From positions 3,956,961 to 4,020,960 of the forward strand of contig NC_057751.1 of assembly GCF_004010195.1 (NCBI RefSeq): DNA of 64,000 nucleotides, read 5' to 3'. Both the position numbers and the translations under genes were made by a program. This document shows, piece after piece, positions 13,461-28,090 of this stretch. The notes below the pieces were generated by a model, which did not search any database, was not told the origin of the DNA, and was given only the letters and a program-made list of their open reading frames with translations. The stretch's first letter is position 1. The number at the start of each line of letters is the position of its first letter. The stretch comes from Chiloscyllium plagiosum. Taxonomy: Eukaryota.

Positions 13461-14149
13461 GAAAATATTAAATTGTGGCCTTGTTTATAAAGTACTAAGA
13501 AATTCAAGATGAATGCTCAGTGATCTGCTTAAATGCAACCTTTATAATAAAACATCTTACAATTCATCCACATCTCACAGGGGATATGTTTTGTAAAATA
13601 ACTCTGCTTCAAAGAGGTCCGTGTTTGCTGCTGATCTGTCTGGGAGATCCTGCGTGGGTTGGCATGTGGGATATCCTCAAATGACAAGCCTCATTTCTGT
13701 TCAATGCCGAGGCACAGCACACAGTCAGAAACAAAAATCATTGCCTGTACAAGGTGTGTGGGGGCTGCAGATCTCCTCCTTGTGAAGGGGGCGATGACAA
13801 CTGGAGACTTTGCCAACGCATAGCAAGCTTTGAAGACATCGATAGGCAGCGAAGTAACAAGTAAATATTTCCACCTCCAGAACCAGAATGAAAATAACTC
13901 CCTCAAAGATTATTACTAACCTATGCTGTTTAACAATTTAACAATTGAAAAATGTTGCAAAGTGAAGCATAAAAAAAAGATATTTCTTCAACCACAGAAT
14001 ATTGTCTGATCTCTGACTTCCAAGGCACTATCAGTCTTTGCCTGATTTCCTTTGATTTTGTTAAATCTAACTGTAAAATGATATTTCAAATATCTTGAAC
14101 AAAACAATTCACACAATGTTTGACTTGCTCTGAATTCAAAAGATATGCA

Positions 14150-14740
14150 TAATATAGGAGTTGGGAGGTCATGTTGGAGCTGTACAGGACATGGGTTAGG
14201 CCACCTTTGGAATAATGCATGCAATTCTGATCTCTGGGCTGCAGGAAAGATGCTGTGAAACTTGAAAGGATTCAGGAACGAGTTACAAGATTATTGCCAT
14301 GTTTGGAGGGTTTAGGCGACAGGGAGCGGCTGAACAGGCTAGGGCTAGTTTCCCTGGAGCGTCGGAGGCTGAGGGGTGACCTTATCGAGGTTTATACAAT
14401 CATGAGGGGCATTGATCAGGTGAATAGACAAGGTCTTTTCACTAGGGTGGGAAGTCCAAAATTAGAGAGCATAGGTTTAAGGTGAAAATGACTTAAGGGG
14501 CAACCTTTTCATGCAGAGGGTGGTGCGTGTATGGAATGAGCTGACAGAGAAATTGGTAGAGACTGGTACAATTCCGACATTTAAAAGGCATCTGGATGGG
14601 TATACAAATTGGAAGGGTTGAGAGGGATATGGGTCAAGTGCTGGCAAATGAGACTAGATTAATTTAGGATATCTGGTCGGCATGGACAGGTTGGACTGAA
14701 GGGTCTGTTTCCAGTCTAGACTGTGCAGTCTATGACTCTG
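14150..14740 (+). mobile_element. CR1 LINE 3' portion
   Basis: ORF 14255-14485 LERIQERVTRLLP...SLERRRLRGDLIEVY. Confidence 0.9.
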
Positions 14741-14929
14741 TAACTGAATGGACATAACAGTACATTCAATCAAATGGGTCTATGAAGTAAAAACAAAAAT
14801 TGCTGCAAATACTCAACTAGTTTATCAAGGAAGAAATAGAGTTGCTGTTTTAAATCTGTAACCCTTCATCAGAACTAAGACAAGTTAACAATATAACAGG
14901 CATTCAGCAGGTGGATGGGAAATTCATTG

Positions 14930-15760
14930 ACAAGTGGGAAGTTCGTTGATGACACCACCATTGTCGGTTGGATATCAAACAATGATGAGACAGAATACAG
15001 TAAAGAAATAGAATGCTTGGTATTGTGGTGCAAAAATAATCATCTCTCCCTCAATGTCAGCAAAATTAAAGAGCTCATCATCGACTTCAAGAAGAAAGCA
15101 GAACACGCCCCAATCAAAACCCATGGAACTGAGGTGGAGAAGGTCAAGAGCGTCAAGTTCCTCAAAGTGACGATAAACATCTGCCCTGGACCACTCATAT
15201 AGATTTGACGGTCAAGACGTCAGAACAATGCCTCTTATTCCTCAAGAGGCTAAGGAAATTTGCCATGTCCATAAAAAACCTCATCAGCTTTTACAGATGC
15301 ACCACAGAAAGCATTCTATCTGGATGCATCACGGCTTGGTACAACAACTGTTCTGCTCAGAACCGCAAGAAACTGCAGAAAGTTGTGAACACAGCCCAGA
15401 CGATCATGCAAGCCAACCTCCCATCCATTGACTGCATCTACACTTTTTGTTGTCATGGAAAGGCAGCCAACATCACTGAAGACGCTTCCCACCCTGGGTA
15501 CAAAAGCTTAAACACACATACGAACAGGTTCAAGAACAATTTCTTCCCAACTGTTATTAGAATTCTGAATGGACCTCTCAAATATCAAATCAAATGTTGC
15601 TTTTGGACAACTCCTGTGCAGCCATAACTTTGTATGCCTCACTCTGCTCAATCATCCAATAATTGGTATATCCTTGCGTGTTATGATTTGCTTGTACTAC
15701 ATGTAAAACAAAACTTTTCACTGTACTTGGGCTCATGTGACAACAATAAATCAAACTGAA
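14930..15760 (+). mobile_element. Rex1/Babar LINE 3' portion
   Basis: KFVDDTTIVGWISNNDETEY...WCKNNHLSLNVSKIKELIIDF; FYRCTTESILSGCITAWY; RFKNNFFP; AATAAA near the end. Confidence 0.88.
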
Positions 15761-15964
15761 ATGTGGCAAAGAAGAACAAACTGAAGGTTTGTCATTGGCT
15801 GGAGAGCAGGATTGATTCCATGACAGAGACACCCCAGGGTCTCAAAATCCAAAGACAGCGTTACTGGCCTATACAAAGACACAAAAGATGTATGTTTCAA
15901 AGCACAAAATGCCAGGAAAGCAGCCATTCAAACACAAGCTAAAGGTATTCAGAAAGAAACAAGA

Positions 15965-16270
15965 GAGTCAAAAATAGCACAGAAACAAACCCTTCAGTCC
16001 AACTCGTCTGTGCCAATCAGACTTCCCAATCTGACTAGTCCCATTTGCCAACATTTGGCCCACATCTCTCCAAACCCTTCCTCGTCATACACGCATCCAG
16101 ATGTCTTTTACATATTATAATTGTATCTGCATCCATCACTTCTTCTGGCAGCTCGTTCCATACACACACCTGTAGGACAAAGTTACCCCTCAGGTCCTTT
16201 TCACATCTTTCACCATTTACATTAAATTTCTGCCCTCCACTTTTGGAGTCCCCCAATCTGGGAAGGACTT
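15965..16270 (-). mobile_element. CR1 LINE 3' end
   Basis: ORF 16035-16256 VWNELPEEVMDA. Confidence 0.8.
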
Positions 16271-16414
16271 TGGCTATAGACTGAGGGAGTTAATAGCTCC
16301 CTGAAAGTGGCCACACAGGTAGACAGGATGGTAAAGAAGGCGTCTGGCATGCTTGCCCTTATTGGACGGGATTGAGTACAAGAGTAAGGATGTCATGCTG
16401 CAGCTTTATAAGAC

Positions 16415-18035
16415 CGTATGATGTGGGAGCTGGCTGATCCCGTTGTGAATGGCAGTGACCACATCTGCAGCAAGTGTTGGTTGTTCGAAGAACTCCGGCA
16501 CAGAGTTGATGATTGGAATCTGAGCTTCAAACACTGCGGCACATCCGGGAGGGGGAGAGTTACCTGGACGCTTTGTTTCAGGAGGCAGTCACACCTGGGA
16601 GATAAAGTAATTCACATTCAGTTAATGATCAAGGACATCAGAGTGTGACTCGAGGTGAGGCATGCAGGGGGAACTTGAGTTCAGGAGTGCATGAGCCAAC
16701 AGGTATGAGATTCTTGCTCCCGATATGGATGAGGAAAAGGGCTCTGGACAGGATGAGTCAGCTGACCACGGCACCATGGTGCAGAAGGCCATTCAAGAGG
16801 GGGGAGCATAAAGACAAGTAGTTGTTATAGGGGATTCTATAATTAGAGGGACAGATAGTATCCTATGCAAGCCGTATCGCGAGTCTCGTTTGGTGTGTTG
16901 CCTGCCTGGTGCCAGGGTGTGGGACATCTCCGACCGGCTTGAAAGGATATTGGACCTGGAGGGGGTGGATCCAGTTGTTGTGGTCCACGTTGGGACTAAC
17001 AAGATTGGCAAAGCTAGGATGGAGGACCTGTTTGGCGATTATCAAGCACTAGGAAGGAAATTGAAGTACAGGTCCTCAAGGGTCATAATCTCCGGCTTAC
17101 TGCCAGAGCCACGTGCCAATTGGCATAGGGAGAAGAAAATTAGGGAAGTAAACACGTGGCTAAGGGACCGGTGTGGGAAAGAGGGATTCCATTTCATGGG
17201 GCATTGGCATCAGTTTTGGAACCGGGGGGATCTGTACCGTTGGGACGGTCTCCACCTGAACCGATCTGGTACCAATGTTCTAGCTAAGAGGATAAATAGG
17301 GTGGTCAGTAGGACTTGCAATTTCTGAGTTGGGGCGGGGAAGGGAAAGTGAAAGCGACAGGGAGTATGGAGTTAAATGGAAACATAAGCAGGAGGATAGC
17401 ATGTATGCAGATTTAACCTTGAGGCAGATTAGGAATGCAACAAAAAGTATAACTTATGACTTCCAATACCTCTAATGATAAGAATGTTAGCATTCAGACA
17501 CTTTACCTGAATGCTCGTAGCATTCGTAACAAAGTAGATGAACTAACGGCACAGATCATTGTGAATGATTATGATGTGGTAGGCATCACAGAGACATGGT
17601 TGCAGGGGGTTCAGGACTGGCAGTTAAACATCCAAGGATTTACAACTTATCAAAAAGACAGGGAGGTGGGCAGAGGGGGGAGGGTGGCCTTGTTAGTTAA
17701 GAACAAAATTAAATCTGTGGCACTGAATGACATAGGGTCGGACGATGTGGAGTCTGTGTGAGTGGAATTGAGGAACCACAAAGGCAAAAAAACCATAATG
17801 AGAGTTATGTACAGACCTCCTAACAGTGGTCAGGACCAGAGGCGCAACATGTCCCGGGAAATAGAAAAGGCATGTCAGAAAGGCAAGGTCACGGTGATCA
17901 TGGGGGACTTCAATATGCAGGTGGACTGGGTAAATAATGTTGCAAGTGGATCCAAAGAAACGGAATTCTTGGAATGCTTACAGGATGGCTTTTTGGAACA
18001 GCTTGTCATGGAGCCCACAAGGGAGCAGGCTATTC
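16415..18035 (+). mobile_element. CR1 LINE ORF1 (SGNH esterase-like) plus ORF2 endonuclease
   Basis: VVVIGDSIIRG, CCLPGARVWDI, VVVHVGTN, DGLHLN (ORF1); LYLNARSIRNK, ITETWL, YRPPN, MGDFN (APE). Confidence 0.92.
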
Positions 18036-18689
18036 TATAAACTCTTCATCTTCTTGCAAGAGCACAACACTAACATCCACATCACTTGCATTGATAGCCA
18101 CCTTGAATGGCTTTGCCTACAGATTGTTCGACGTTACAAAATCCGATATTGTCTTTGCTATTTCTGAATAAGGTACCTGCCACTATCCTCTGCCGAAGTC
18201 CAAGTTAGAAATACAAGTTGCTTGACCCATCTTCTGAACACAGCCTTCCAAACATGGAGTCCGATATGCATCAATCTTTGTAATTGCATTGACTTGGTGA
18301 TAGCTCACACATCAGTATTGGGTGCCATCTGGATTGTTTTTGTCATTACTATGAGTGTGCTCCAGTCACTGTCACTCACTTGTGAGAACTTGTAACATGC
18401 ATTAAATCTCCTTCTGGATCAGTGCCAACTTTAGAGGATTATGCCAAAAAGAATGTTGCTTAATCGGAGCAGCATCTCCTGTAACTGCATCATATATATT
18501 TATGTTAGTCCTTCCCAGCTTATTTTCACGTTTGTCAATGTATGGCAGTAATCACTAGGATACTGTCATTTCGATTTTCCTCGGGACGCGAACTCAATAA
18601 TTCATCACAATTTTTGACAACTTCCTCATTACCCAATTTAATATATTGAATGTTCAATTCAGTCTTTACGATTATCGTTATATGCTCTC

Positions 18690-19935
18690 ACGGTAATCTT
18701 TTGCGATGAATTCTGTGTCTTACGATCCTATACTCCACTACCACCTGAAGAAGGAGCAGTGCTCCGAATTCTAGAGCGTCCAAATAAACCTGTTGGATTA
18801 TTCTTGGTGTTGTGTGATTGTTAACTTTGTATACCCGAGTCACACAGTGGCAACTACAAATTCTGGCTATCATTGACACCACTAACTGTCGGATCAAAGT
18901 GGAGAGTATCTACAAGAATATCGCACATATCGACGCAGACATCAAGGTTCAACAGAAATGCAGGACAGCAGAAAAGATGCCAGAAGGATGACCGATCACG
19001 AACCCACTCAAGTCGACCAACAACACAGACTACATGGAAAGACTTTGCCATTGCACCTTTCCTAAACTCCTCAATCGTCTTGTGCGCCAATTCTACTGCC
19101 GCAACCTTGAAATTCAGATGGAGTCCACACTCTCAGCCTTCACTCATGATAAGCACTATACTTATGGGATATTGGCAAACAGGCAAAATGACAAAAGTAC
19201 ACGATGTGCATGAACTCCGTGGGCAAGAAACTGAATAAACGTGGCATCACCACCAGCAGTAGCCATGCCCGCTCTGGCAGCAAAGTGGAAAATGTTATTA
19301 CCACGGGAAATTGATTGCCAAATTATTGGACCACACCCACTAACCAGAAGGGATTGTAGTTCTTAGCAGGGGTCACAATTTCTGCTTCACCACAAAAATG
19401 GTTCCATGGGTCTTGCTGCAGACACAAAGAAATTTATCAGACGAATTAGGCTCCGGAAATTCATTCAAGATGCCAGCAGTGATGCCAATGAGCCCACTGC
19501 GGAACCAGAGCAATCATCACAGGGATCAGAACATAGGCAACCAAAGGAGGGATCAACGTGGACTCCACCGGAGGGCTGCTGCCCTCCGCTTGACATTTAT
19601 GCTTAAACCGTCAGGTTATATATAAATGCTAGATTCATCGGCCACACTCACAAGATGGAGTAAAACATCACCCGATCACAAGGCAAAGCCATCCATGCTC
19701 TCAAAACAAAACACAACGTAGTCATCAAACCAGCAGGTAACCGAGGAGCAATCGTAATTCAGAATGGAACAGATTACTACCTGGAAGAGTACAAACAACT
19801 GAACAACGAGGAAAAAATACAGGCAACAACTGGCTGATTCGACCAAAGAGCGTAGCCGTCGTGAAATAAACAGATTGATCAGGACTTTGGATCCAGTCAT
19901 TCAGAGTTTGCTACACGCCCTCATCCAACGTCATT
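18690..19935 (+). mobile_element. Penelope-like element, pLTR plus ORF N-terminus (heavily substituted)
   Basis: CTGAAGAAGGAGCAGTGCTCCGAA hammerhead-like hairpin at 18745; AATAAACCTGTTGG; VVIKPAG-like motif near 19720. Confidence 0.75.
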
Positions 19936-21237
19936 CTACAGCTTTGGGAAGCGTTCAGAGAAAATTGACTAGGATGTTGACTGCTATGGAGAGAAGGTCT
20001 TATACGAAAGACTGAGGAGCTTTTGGCTGTTTTCGTTAGAAAGAAGACGGTTGAGAGTTTTAATGAATTGAGACATAGGAAAAACTAAGAGAGTTAGATT
20101 CGATGGACCATGAAAGCCTTTTGACTCGGATGGTGATGGCTGACAAGAAGGGACATAACTTTAAATGGAGGGATGATAGATATAGGCCAGATGTCATGTC
20201 AGATGCTATTACTTTACGCAGACAGCAGTAGGGGCGTGGAGAGCACTGCCTGAACAGTGGCAGACTTGCCAACTGTATGGGCATTCAAATGATCATTGAT
20301 TAATCATGTGGATGAAAATGGAATAGTGTAGTACAGATAGGTTTCAGATTGGATCAGCAGGTAGTTTCAACATCGAGAGCAGAAGTGCCTGTACTGTTCT
20401 ATGTTCTATAATTGACAGAGACGAAAGTCGATCAGAACTTGTAAGCAATCATTATTACGGATAATGCATTGATGGGCAAGGCAGGAGAACTAAGAATTGA
20501 TAAGTCTTCTGACCCTGATGGAATGCATCACAGTGTACTAAAATATGGGTGGAGAAATAACTCGTGCACTGACGGTAATTTTCCAAATTTCGTTGGATTC
20601 TCGGTCAGTACCAGCAGATTGGAAAACTGCAAAAGCTGGAGAATTACAGACCGGTTAGCTTAACCTCTGTAGTGGGGAGGATGATTGAGTTAATTATCAA
20701 CCAACAAATAGCAAGGCATCTAGATAAAAAATTTCCCATTGGGCAGATGCAGCATGGGTTCATGAAAGGCAGGTCATGCTTAACAAATCTTTTGGAATTC
20801 TATGAAGATATTACAAACACAGTGGACAATGGGGACCGAGTAGATGTGGTGCACCTCGATTTCCAAAAGGCCTTTGACAAGGTGCTGCACAAGAGGCTGC
20901 TGCATAAGATAAAGATGTGTAGCATTATGGGCAAAGTATTAGCATGGATAAAGGATTGGTTGACTAACAGGAAGCAAAGAGTGGGGATAAATGAATGCTA
21001 TTCTGGTTGGCAATCAGTAACTAGGGGTGTGCCTGATGGATCAGTGTTGCGACTGCAATTATTCACAACTTATATAGATGATTTGGAATTGGTGACCTTG
21101 TGTAGTGTGTCAAAGTTTGCAGATGACACTATAATGAGTGATAGAGCAAAGAGTACAGAGGACTGTGAAACTTTGCAGAGGAGCATTGATACTTTAAGTG
21201 AGTGGGCAAAGGTCTAGCAGATGGAATACAATGTTAT
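19935..21237 (+). mobile_element. CR1 3' end (19935-20410) followed by a CR1 RT segment
   Basis: TTCTATG tail at ~20395; ORF 20672-21217 QHGFMKGRSCLTNL, LDFQKAFDKV, GVP.GSVL, KFADD. Confidence 0.9.
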
Positions 21238-21239
21238 TT

Positions 21240-24200
21240 GTATTTATTTGACTGCAGCGAGGGCAGAGAGAAAGAGGACCAGGGGCTACCCAGAAAGTAA
21301 GGAAACCATTTGAAAAAGTTTACCTCGGGAGTCTGCAGCCTCCATTTTAATTGCAGCTAGGACAAACAGAATGATGACGGGGGGGAAAGAGAGGCTGCCG
21401 GGAAGGTAAACAAGCCATTTAAAAAGCTGATATATTTGGATAGCGGCTGGACAGAGACACCCAGAGACGCTACCTGTGTAATATCTCCCACTTGCCCTCT
21501 TCCTGTAACCAAATCAAAAGGACTTTTGTGGTGTGTTGATAAGGTAAGGATTTTTTGTTCTTTTTTTTATTTTGTCATGTGATTGCTTCAAAAAAAATTA
21601 TCTTTCCTTTATCATAACTTTAATCTCAACTCAGATAAAGTTCAAGATTAAAAATGGCAGGAGATCTCAGACCCATGTAATGCTCCTCGTGCTCAATGTG
21701 GGAGCTCAGGACACAGCTGATGTCCCTGGCTCCTTCATGTGCAAAAACAATGTCCAGTTGCAGCCCTTGTTAGGCAGCTTGATGGTTCTGGAGGTGTGAA
21801 TGGACTCACTTTGGAGCATAAGTAATGCTGAGGGGGTTGTGCATAGCACGTTTAGTGAATTGGGCACACCGCAGATTAGGATTGCTGAGGGAGAAAGGGA
21901 ATGGGTGACCAAAAGGCAGAGAAAGAGCAGGAAGGCAGTGCAGACATGTCCCTCCAAAACAGGTATACCATTTTGGATACTGCTGGGGGAGATGGCTCAC
22001 CAGGAGAACGCAGCAGTAGACAAGTTCATGGCACCGTGGCTGGCTCTGCTGTTCAGAAGGGCAGGAGAAAGAGTGGAAGGGTTAGAGTCAAAGGGGATTC
22101 AATTGGAAGGGGAGTAGATAGGCGTTTCTACAGTTGAAAATGAGATTCCCGAATGGTATGTTGCCTCCCAGGTGCACGGGTCAGGGATGTCTCGGATTGA
22201 CTGCAGAATATTCTGAAGGGGGTGGGTGTTCAGCCAGTTGTCAGGATGAATGCGTGGTTTGAGAGATGGTGCAGGAGGGAAGGGTTCAGAGTTTTGGGAC
22301 ATTGGTTCCGGTTCTGGGAGAGGTGGGACTATTACAAATTGGATGCTCTACGCCTGGGCCGGACTGGAACCAATGTCCTCGGGGATGCTTTTGCTAATGC
22401 TATTGGAGAGGGTTTCAACTAATGTGGCAGGGGAATGCAAACCAAATGAGGAGGTTAGTGGACAGGAAGGAGGTAGGAACTAAAGCCTGTAAGGAACTAG
22501 GTAATGAAATCATCATGACTAAGGGAAAGAGTAGGCAGACAGCGAAAGATGAACGCAGAAGGACTGGTGGCCCTTGGTGCATTTGTTTTAATGCAAGTAT
22601 TGTAGGTAAGGCAGATGAACTTAACAGTTTGCATTAGTACCTGGGAGTATGATGTTATTGCTATTACTGAGACTTGGTTGAGGGAAGGGCATGATTGGCA
22701 ACTAAATATCCCAGGATATTGATGCTTCAAGCAGGATAAAGGAGGTGGTAAAAGGGGTGGAGGAGTTGCATTACTGGTCAGACAGGATATCAAAGCTGTG
22801 CTGAAGGAGAGCACTCTGGAGGACTCGAGTAGTGAGGCATGGGCAGAGCTCAGAAACAGAAAAGTTGCAGTAACCATGTTGGGATTATACGACAGGCTTC
22901 CCAACAGCAAATGTGAGATAGAGGTACAAACATGAAGAGAGATCATAGAAAGATGCCGGAGCAACAGGATGGGAGCGATGGGAGATTTTAATTTTTCCAC
23001 ATTGACTGGAATTCACTTAATGTTGGAGGTCTGGATAGAGCAGAATTTCGAAGGAGCCTCCAGGAGGGTTTTCCTTGAGCAGTATCCAAGTAGTCCAACT
23101 CGGGAAGGGGCCATACTGGACCTGGTGTTAGGAAATGAGCCCAGCCAGGTGGCTGAAGTTTCAGCAGGGGATTACTTTGGAATAGTGATCACAATTCCAT
23201 CAGTTTTAGAATACTCATGGACAAAGATGAGAGTGGAGAGAGGCGTAGGGAAATCCACATTCGATATGTGGGAGGCTTTTAAAGAGAGGTTGATTAGAGT
23301 TAAGGAGAGATATATTCCTGTGAAAATGAGGGATTGAAATGGAAAGATTAGGGAACCACGGATGACAGGTGAAATTGTGAGACTAGCTAGGAGGAGAAAG
23401 GATGCATACATAAGGTCGAGGCAACTGAAGACAGACAAAGCTTTGGAAGGATATTGGGAATGAGCGACCAATCTGAAACAAGGAATTAAGAGGGCTAAAA
23501 GGGGTCATTAGATATCCTTAGCGAGCAGGGTTAAGGAAAACCCCAAAGCCTTTCATTCATATATGAGGAGCAAGAGAGTAACTCGGGAAAGGTTTGGCCA
23601 ACTCAAGGACAAAGGAGGAAAGATATGCATGGAGTCAGAGAAAATAGGTGAGATTCTTAATGAGTACTTTGCATCGGTATTCACCGAGGAGAGGGACATG
23701 GTGGATGTTGAGTTTAGGGATAAATCTTTGATTACCCTAGGTCAAGTCAGCATAAGGAGAGAGGAAGGTGTTGTGTATTCTAAAAGGCACGAAGGTGGAC
23801 AATTCCGAGGTCTAGATGGGATCTATCCCAGGCTACTGAGGGAAGCGAGAGAGGAAACAGCTGGGGCTTTAACAGATAACTTTGCAGCATCCTTGAAAAA
23901 GGGGGAGGTCGCAGAGGACTCGAGAATTGTTAATGTTGTCCCCTTGTTTCAGTAGGGTAGCAGTGATAATCTAGGTAATGACAGACCTGTAAGCCTGACA
24001 TCAGTGGTAGAGAAGCTACTGGAGAAGTTACTGAGGCATAGGATATACACCCATTTGGAAGAAAATGGGTGTATCAGTGATCGGCAGCATGGTTTTGTGC
24101 AGGGAAGGTCATGTCTTACAAACCTAACAGAATTATTTGAAAAAGTGACAAAGTTGATTGATGACGGAAGGAATGTAGATGTCATCTACTTGGACTTTAT

Positions 24201-25290
24201 TAAGGCATTTGATTAGGTTCCCCATGGTAGGTTGATAAAGAAAGTGAAGTTGCATGGCGTCCATGGTGTTCTAGCTGGATGGATACGGACTGGTTGGGCA
24301 ACAGGAGACAGAGAGTAGTAGTGGAAGGGAGATTTCAAAATGGAGACCTTGGACCAGTGGTGTCCCTCAAGGATCCATGCTGGGACCACTGTTGTTTTTG
24401 CTATACATAAATGATTTGGAGGAAAGCAAGCTTGCAGATGACACTAAGATTGGTGGGGTAGCAGATAGTGCAGGGGACTGTCAGAGAATATAGCAGAATA
24501 TGGATAGATTGGAGAGTTGGGCAGAGAAATAGCAGATGCAGTTCAATGCAGACAAATGCGAGGTGATGCATTTTGGAAGATGCAATTCCAAACCAAACTA
24601 TACAGAAAATGTACAGATATAGAGAGAGATCTGGGTTTTCAGGTCCACTGTTCCATGAAGGTGGCAACGCAGGTTAGCAGAGTGATCCAGAAGGTATACG
24701 GCATGTTTTCCTTCATCGGACGGAGTATTGAGTACAAGATTTGGTAGGTCAAGTTACAGCTGTATAAGACCTTGGTTCGGCCACATTTGGAATACTGAGT
24801 GCAGTTCTGGTCGCTACATTACCAAAAGGATGTGGATGCTTTGGAGAGGGTGCAGAAGAGGTTCACCAGGATGATACGGAGGGTGCCAGCTATGAGGAGA
24901 GGTTAAGTAGGTTAGGATTATATTCATTGGAAAGAAGGAGGATGAGGGGGGACCTGATTGAAGCCTACAAAATCATGAGGGGGAAGACAGGATGGATAGC
25001 AAGAAACGTTTTCCCAGAGTGGAGGACTCGATTACTCGGGGTCATGAGTTCAAAGTGAGAGGGGAAAAGTTTAGGGGAGATACAAGTTCTTCACGCAGAG
25101 GGTGGTAGGTGCCTGGAATGCGCTACCAGCAGAAGTGGTAGGGGCAGGAACAATAGCATCATTTACATTAATGGGCAGGGAGCAAATGGATATAGATCCT
25201 TCGAAAATAGCAGATTTAGATAGAGAATATGGATCGGCACAGGTATGTAGGGCTGAAGGATCTGTTCCTCTGCTGTAATGCTCTTTGTTC
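21240..25290 (+). mobile_element. Near full-length degenerate CR1 LINE (5' UTR, ORF1, ORF2)
   Basis: ORF1 from ~21654 with CSSCSMWE and CCLPGARV; ORF2 [38 protein letters not shown]; internal deletions. Confidence 0.9.
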
Positions 25291-27890
25291 ATAAATGTGA
25301 AGTCATCCATTTTGGTAGGGGTGACAATAAAAACGATTATTACTTTAATCGTAAAAAGTTGTAATATGCTGCTGTGCAGAAGGACCTGGGTGTCCTTGTG
25401 CATGAATCATAGAAGATTCATCTACAGGGACAACAAATAATTAGGACGGCAAATGGAATTTTGACCTTTATTGCTAAAGGGATGGAGTTTAAAAGCAGGG
25501 AGGTTATGTTGCAGTTGCACAGGATGCTGATGAGGCCACACCTGGAGTCGTGCACTTTTGGTGTCCTCACTTGAGAAAGATGTACTGGCATTAGAGGGGG
25601 TGCAGAGGAGGTTCACGAGGTTGATTCCAGAGTTGAGGGGGTTGGCTTCTGAGGAGAGACTGAGGAGACTGAGATTATATTCATTGGAATTTAGAAGAAT
25701 GAGGGGGGATCTTATAGAAACATGTGAAACAAAGAAGGGAATAGATAAGAAAGAAGTCGAGAGGATGTTTCCACTGGCGGGTGAAACTCGGACAAGAGGG
25801 CAGGACTGAATTGCAGGGCAAGATTTAGGACCGAATTGAGAAGGAACGTCTTCACCCAGAGCATTGTAAATCTATGGAATTCCTTGTCCAGTGAAGTCGT
25901 TGATGCTTCTTCAGTGAACAACTTTATAGCAAGATAGACTTTTTTTTGCACCACAAAGGAATTAAGGGACTCGGTGAAAGCGCGGTTAAGTGAAGCTGAG
26001 TCCATGAAAAGGTCAGCCAAGATCTTATTGAATGGCTGAGCAGGCTCGAAGGGACTCCTGCTCCTGCTCCTTCTGTTCTTATGATTAAAGGGAACAGCTG
26101 CTCAGTATTCACTCTATCATCACCCCTCAATCTTATGTGCCTCTATCCAGTCACCCCTCAAACTTCTCTGCTCCAAAGAAAACAATCTAAGCTTATCTAG
26201 CCACAGCTGAAATGCTCCATTCCAAACAACATGGTGGTGAATGTCATCTGCAGTTTAATCACATGGTTCCTGTTGTACGGCGACCAGAACTACACACAGT
26301 ACTCTGGCTGTGGCCCAACCAAAATTCTGTACAAGTTCAACATAATCTGCCTGACCTTATAATCTATCCCTCAACTGATAAAGATCATCTTGAGGTTTAT
26401 AAAATCATGAGAGGCATGAAGAGCATAAATAGACCAGGTCTTTTCCCTGGGTTGGGGAAGTCCAGAACTAGAGTGCATAGGTTTAGGGTGAGAAGGGAAA
26501 ATTTAAAAGGGGCCTAAGAGGCAACCTTTTCACAAACAGGGTGGTGCATGTATGGAATGAGCTGCCAGAGGAAGTGGTGGAGGCTGGTACAATTACAATA
26601 TTTAAAAGGCATCTGGAGAGTATATGAATCGGAAGGGTTTAGAGCAGTGTGGGCCAAGTGCTGGCATATGGGACTAGATTAATTTAGGATATCTGGCTAT
26701 CTTGGATAGGCTGAAGGTGCTGCTTCTGTGCTGTACACCTCTATGACTCTGAGCATCCCATATGCCTCCTTAGTTACACTATAACCTGTTCAGCCACCCT
26801 CAGGAATCTTTCAAAGTGTGTCACTTCACCGTTATCAAGATTAAATTCCATATGTCACTGTTCTGCCCATCTGACCAACCTATCTATATTGTCCTGTTAG
26901 CTAAGACTTTCCTCCTCACTGTCACCACCCCACCAATCTTTGTCTCACCTGAATTCTTATTTTTGAGACACTTCTCATCGCTGATTCTTATCTACATCAT
27001 TTATGAGTATTACAAAAAATAAGGGGCCAGGCAGTAATCCCTGCGGATACCTACCTCCAGTCACAGAAAGTCTTCGACCCCAACTCTCTGCCTCCTGTCA
27101 CTTAGCCAATTGTGGATCCAACTTGTCAAGTTACCCTGTATCCATGAGCTTTTACTTTATCAGTTCCTCATCTGCAACCTTGTCATAGGCCTTGCTGAAA
27201 TTCTCATAAATCCAACCCTCATCTAAACATCTGGTCACCTTTGAAAAATTCAACCGTTACAGCTGATTTGATCATCGTCAACTCCACTTCCTTGTCTTTT
27301 CTCAAGAACCCTTACTGATTAGAAGTTAATTGACCTCAGCCAATGAATATATCTGAAGACCCAGCCTCTATAATAAAGGGTTTTAGATTCACTACCCTTG
27401 AAGAGAAAAAAAAATTCATCTATAGGATACCTTTGAGGAGATAACACGTGCTATGAATAATGGAATCCAATGGTATGAACTGGGGGGTACTTAGATTTCC
27501 AAAAGGCATTTAATAAGCTGAATTCACTGGTTATTGAATAAAATATTTAAGTTCATGATGTAGGTGTTAGCATAACGGCATAGCTGCACAATTAGTTAGC
27601 TCACATGAAGCAGAATGTAAATACAAATGGACTAAAAAGAACAAAGTGTTGAAACTCAGAAGACGTGGTAGCAGTTGTGGAGAAAGAAACAAAGTTAACG
27701 TTTTGAGGCAGATATGATTTCTTCACAATTCAGTCAGAAGTGACTTGACTGAAACATGGATTATCAGGAAGGGTCTTGATGGGGTTGATGTGAAGAGGAC
27801 TTTTCTCCTCGTGGGAGAGTCGAGAACTAGAGAGTCACTGTTTAAAAACAGATCGCTGCTTCAAAGAGGAGGTGAAAACATTTCTTGCAG
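25290..27890. mobile_element. Cluster of CR1 fragments in both orientations
   Basis: 25290-26085 (+) 3' portion; a minus-strand CR1 at 26085-27255 interrupted by a plus-strand 3' end at 26385-26750; more fragments to 27890. Confidence 0.75.
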
Positions 27891-28037
27891 GGTATCATGT
27901 AACATTGAGGAAACTCATTTGGTTTTGAGAGCAAAAGAACTGACAAGAGATTTTCAGTTCAAAGCAACCAGTCACTTCAGCAGAAATGCTTTCTAGTTTG
28001 TGGAGTTCCAATCCAGATCAGCTTGTGTGGAAGTGTG

Positions 28038-28090
28038 CAATTAATTGAACTGAGAAAGTTCAATTAATTGAACTGAGAAAGTTCAATTAA
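28038..28090. repeat. 23-bp tandem duplication of a hairpin unit CAATTAATTGAACTGAGAAAGTT
   Basis: 2.3 exact copies; AATTGAACT/AGTTCAATT are reverse complements. Confidence 0.9.

Noticed and set aside
13555..13900. Unique, moderately GC-rich stretch with donor-like sites on both strands
   Set aside because: All frames tested hit stops; no similarity to PEBP4
16890..17327. 145-aa SGNH-hydrolase-like ORF as a host esterase gene
   Set aside because: It is CR1 ORF1, directly followed by the ORF2 endonuclease
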